From: Heterodontus francisci | Taxonomy: Eukaryota | Reading direction: 5' to 3' | DNA length: 64,000 nucleotides | Assembly (NCBI RefSeq): GCF_036365525.1 | Contig: NC_090379.1 | Span: forward strand, 50,216,500 to 50,280,499 | Shown: positions 60,916 to 64,000 of the stretch, piece after piece | Layout: each line of letters opens with the position of its first letter | Numbering within the stretch: the stretch's first letter is position 1 | Made by a program: the position numbers and the translations under genes | Notes under the pieces: model-generated | What the model saw: the letters and a program-made list of their open reading frames with translations, nothing else | Told to the model about the DNA's origin: nothing | Database searches by the model: none

Positions 60916-61549
60916 TACTTGATCGCCAAATTTAACAGAGTCTAATACCTCAGACTGTTGTGAAAATACCCGGACTTAATTTATATCCATATTTTTATCT
61001 CATCTCTGCTCTTTATGAAAATGGCTATACAGGCACAATTACTGAATGTAAATAATATAATTTGCCAGCATACACCAGCAAACATTAACCTAAGCTCTGT
61101 GTTTTTAAAAAAACTGCTGCTCAGTAATAACTGGAATGATATAGGATTAAGCGGATAAGAGAAATAACAGTTTAGAAGTAAACACTGACATTTATTGCAT
61201 TGAAAAGCCCAGCTTTCATGCTGGAGTATGGCTTATTTTGCTGTATTTACTAGTCTTCATTAAAAATAATCTAAAATGAATTCTATCCATCACAAAATGA
61301 AATGACTTTTAGCAGAATGAGTAACTGGTGAGTGCAGCAATTCAAAATTAAATATATAATTTTGATGCAAGAATAACTGGGTGAGCCTGGTAGAATGGTT
61401 GACTTGCGCATGCAGGAATATGTGTGAAAGAAGGAATAAAATTGGACTTGGCAAAGGATTATTTAATCGCCACTGTCACATCGTTTCACAGTGGTGGTAA
61501 TTAGTAGTTATAGATCCGCTCTTCAGTTTTCCGGCTTTATCCATACTAT

Positions 61550-61825
61550 CTCAAAGTCAGTGCTGGCTTACAGCTCTCTGTTAGCTCATGCACATCGCCA
61601 TTCTTTATGAGTGAGTTTGGAGAGTGAGTGTGAGAGACTATTTGGCCATGAAAAATTATCCTACTGGATCTCAGTGTCAACAGTTCAGTTCTCAACTCCC
61701 AGTCACAAATATTCTTCCAGCAAGAGTCTGCTACCCAGCTCAGGGGGCTGCGTCCAACTGTAGCACTCCCACTGACACCCAGCTGAAATGATCACAGATC
61801 AATAACTGGACATTCCTGGTCACCT
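61550..61825 (-). mobile_element. Possible ancient SINE-like repeat remnant
   Basis: Reverse complement (gaccaggaatgtcc...ggccaaatagtctctcacactcact...aagaatggc) resembles an old elasmobranch SINE as I recall it. Unverified. Confidence 0.35.
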
Positions 61826-62195
61826 AGGGCAGTTATCAAGGTGATCTTTATTTACAGCTATCAGCCTGGATAATCCACAATAAGTTATTGAGGTCTAATC
61901 ACCAAGAGCCACCAGCTGCCTCCCACTCTGATGATGGGGTTCTTGCGGGGATAGGGGGAGGTTCCCTGGCAGGAACCTCACTGGAAGTGTATCTGGAACA
62001 CCCAACTGTTGGCAGGTACGCCTGGTCTGACTTTTCCTTAGACTGCTAGATAGCAAAATTTCCACCATCATTTCACTAAGTTGCTGTGGATCTGCTCGAG
62101 AGTTGTGATCTTGTTAATGTTAAATTTTTTGGCTTGAGTTGGAGGGCTCTAACTGCCCCTGAGATGGCAATTGTGGTAGGGGAAGGGGTAGGGGA

Positions 62196-64000
62196 ACATA
62201 GGAAATAGGAACAGCAGTAGGCCATTTGGCCCCTTGAGCCTGCTCCACCATTCAACGAGATCATGGCTGATCTTCTACCTCAATGCCATTTTCCTGCACT
62301 ATCCCCATATCCCTTGACATCTTAAATATCTAGAAATTTATCGATCTCTGTCTTGAATATACTCAATGACTGAGCTTCCACAGTCCCCTGAGGCAGAGAA
62401 TTCTAAAGGTTCATCACCCTCTGAGTGAAGAAATTCCTTCTCATCTCAGTCCAAACAGCTACCTCTTATTCTGAGACTGTGTCCCCTAGTTCGAGACCCC
62501 CCCAGCCAGGGGAAACATCCTGCATCTACCCTGTCAAGCCCTGTAAGAATTTTGTATGCTTCAAGGAGATCACCTCTCATTCTTTTAAACTCTAGAGAAT
62601 GGGCGGCACAGTGGTTAGCACTGCAGCCTCACAGCTCCAGCGACCCGGGTTCAGTTCTGGGTCCTGCCTGTGCAGAGTTTGCAAGTTCTCCCTGTGACCG
62701 TGTGGGTTTCTGTCGGGTGCTCTGGTTTCCTCCCACAGCCAAAGACTTGCAGGTTGATAGGTAATTTGGTCATTGTAAATTGCCCCTCGTGTAGGTAGGT
62801 GGTAGGAGAATGGTGGGGATGCGGTAGGGAATATGGGATTAATGTAGGATTAGTATAAATGGATGGTTGTTGGTCAGCACAGACTTGGTGGGCTGAAGGG
62901 CCTGTTTCAGTGCTGTATCACTAAATAAAATAAGATAGGCCCAGTCTCCTCAATCTCTCCTCATAGGACAATCCTGCCATCCCAGAGATCAGTCTGGTGA
63001 ACCTTCATTGCACTCCCTCTATGCAAGTATATCCTTCCTTAGTTAAGGAGACCAAAACTGTACACAATACTCCAGGTGGTCTCAACATGGCTCTATACAA
63101 TTGCAGCAAAACTTCTTTATTCCTGTACTCAAATCCCCAAGATTACTAATTAGCCCTTTTTCATTGCACAATACTAGATCTAAAATAGCTCTAGTTGGTT
63201 CCTTAACATACTTTTCCAGAAAACCATCTCATACACACTCCAGGTATTTGGCTTCCACAACATTAGCGCTAATTAGATTTACTCAGTCTATATGTAGATT
63301 GAAGTCGCCCATAATTACTGTATTACCTTTGTTACATGCATCTCTAATTTCCTTATTTATACAGTGTCCTACATTACCACTACTGTTTGGTGGCCTATAA
63401 ACAAATCCTACCAATGTTTGCTGCCCTTTGCTGTTTCTTAGCTCCACCCAATCTGATTCTACATCTTGCTCTTCCGAGCTAAGATCCTATCTCACTAATG
63501 TACTGATCTCATCCTTTATTAACAATGCTAGTCCACCTAATTTTCCTTTTTGCCTATCCTTCCTAAATGTCAAATACCCTTGGGCATTCAGTTCCCAGCC
63601 TTGGTCACCCTGCAGCCACTCTCCGTAATGGCAATTAGATCATTCCTGTTTACTTGCATTTGTGCTGTCAATTCATCTACCTTGTTGCGAATGCTGTGTG
63701 CATTCAGATAGCATGCCTGTAATTCTGTCGTCTTATTATTTTCACAACCTCTAGCCTTATGTGCAGGCACACTCTTAAATTTGTATGCTCTGTCCTTTCC
63801 TACCACACTCAGATTATCAATTGCTTTATTGTTACCTTGCTCACTTGCCTTTTCCTCTCTCTTTAATTTATCACATCTTCCCTCACCTGATCCATTGGCT
63901 GCACTATTTAGTTCAAAGCCCTCTCAACCGCCCTAGTTATACGATTCGCCAGAACACTGGTGCCTGCACGGTTCTGATGAAGACATCCCAACGGTACAGC
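62196..64000 (-). mobile_element. CR1 LINE fragments (tail/RT end and endonuclease start) running off the window
   Basis: CR1 tail at 62196, ACYLNAHSIRNKVDEL...DLIAITES (63588-63806) and antisense MGDFNL. Confidence 0.88.
62601..62934 (+). mobile_element. Full-length HE1-type V-SINE
   Basis: gggcggcacagtggttagcactgcagcctcacagctccagcgacccgggttc head, V domain, CR1-like tail and (taaaa)n. The CR1 is contiguous across it. Confidence 0.92.

Noticed and set aside
63974-63995. CTGATGA hammerhead-like motif near the window end
   Set aside because: No stem II-GAAA follows, and it lies in antisense CR1 sequence.

Overview
Repeat-dense, vertebrate-type genomic DNA, almost certainly from a cartilaginous fish (shark). 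The evidence is HE1-type V-SINEs, SacSINE1-like DeuSINEs, shark-type CR1, L2, RTE and Tx1 LINEs, Harbinger and hAT DNA transposons and Penelope terminal repeats. The species cannot be fixed from sequence alone. I found no confidently supportable host protein-coding exon, so the window looks intronic or intergenic, and nearly all listed ORFs are decayed transposon fragments. Several AT-rich unique stretches resemble enhancers or conserved non-coding elements. Main leads: (1) A full-length 3.27 kb LINE (43062-46335) begins with a tRNA-Leu-like A/B-box head, lacks an ORF1, encodes one APE-RT ORF and has no TTTT on its sense strand, suggesting a Pol III-transcribed autonomous retrotransposon family. 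(2) An internally deleted RTE element (56265-57190) has an in-frame fused ORF and an HDV-ribozyme-like remnant at its 5' end. (3) Penelope termini carry minimal hammerhead cores. (4) Several transposon nests are multi-tiered. All boundaries were read by eye, no database search was run, and family names come from recalled consensus features.
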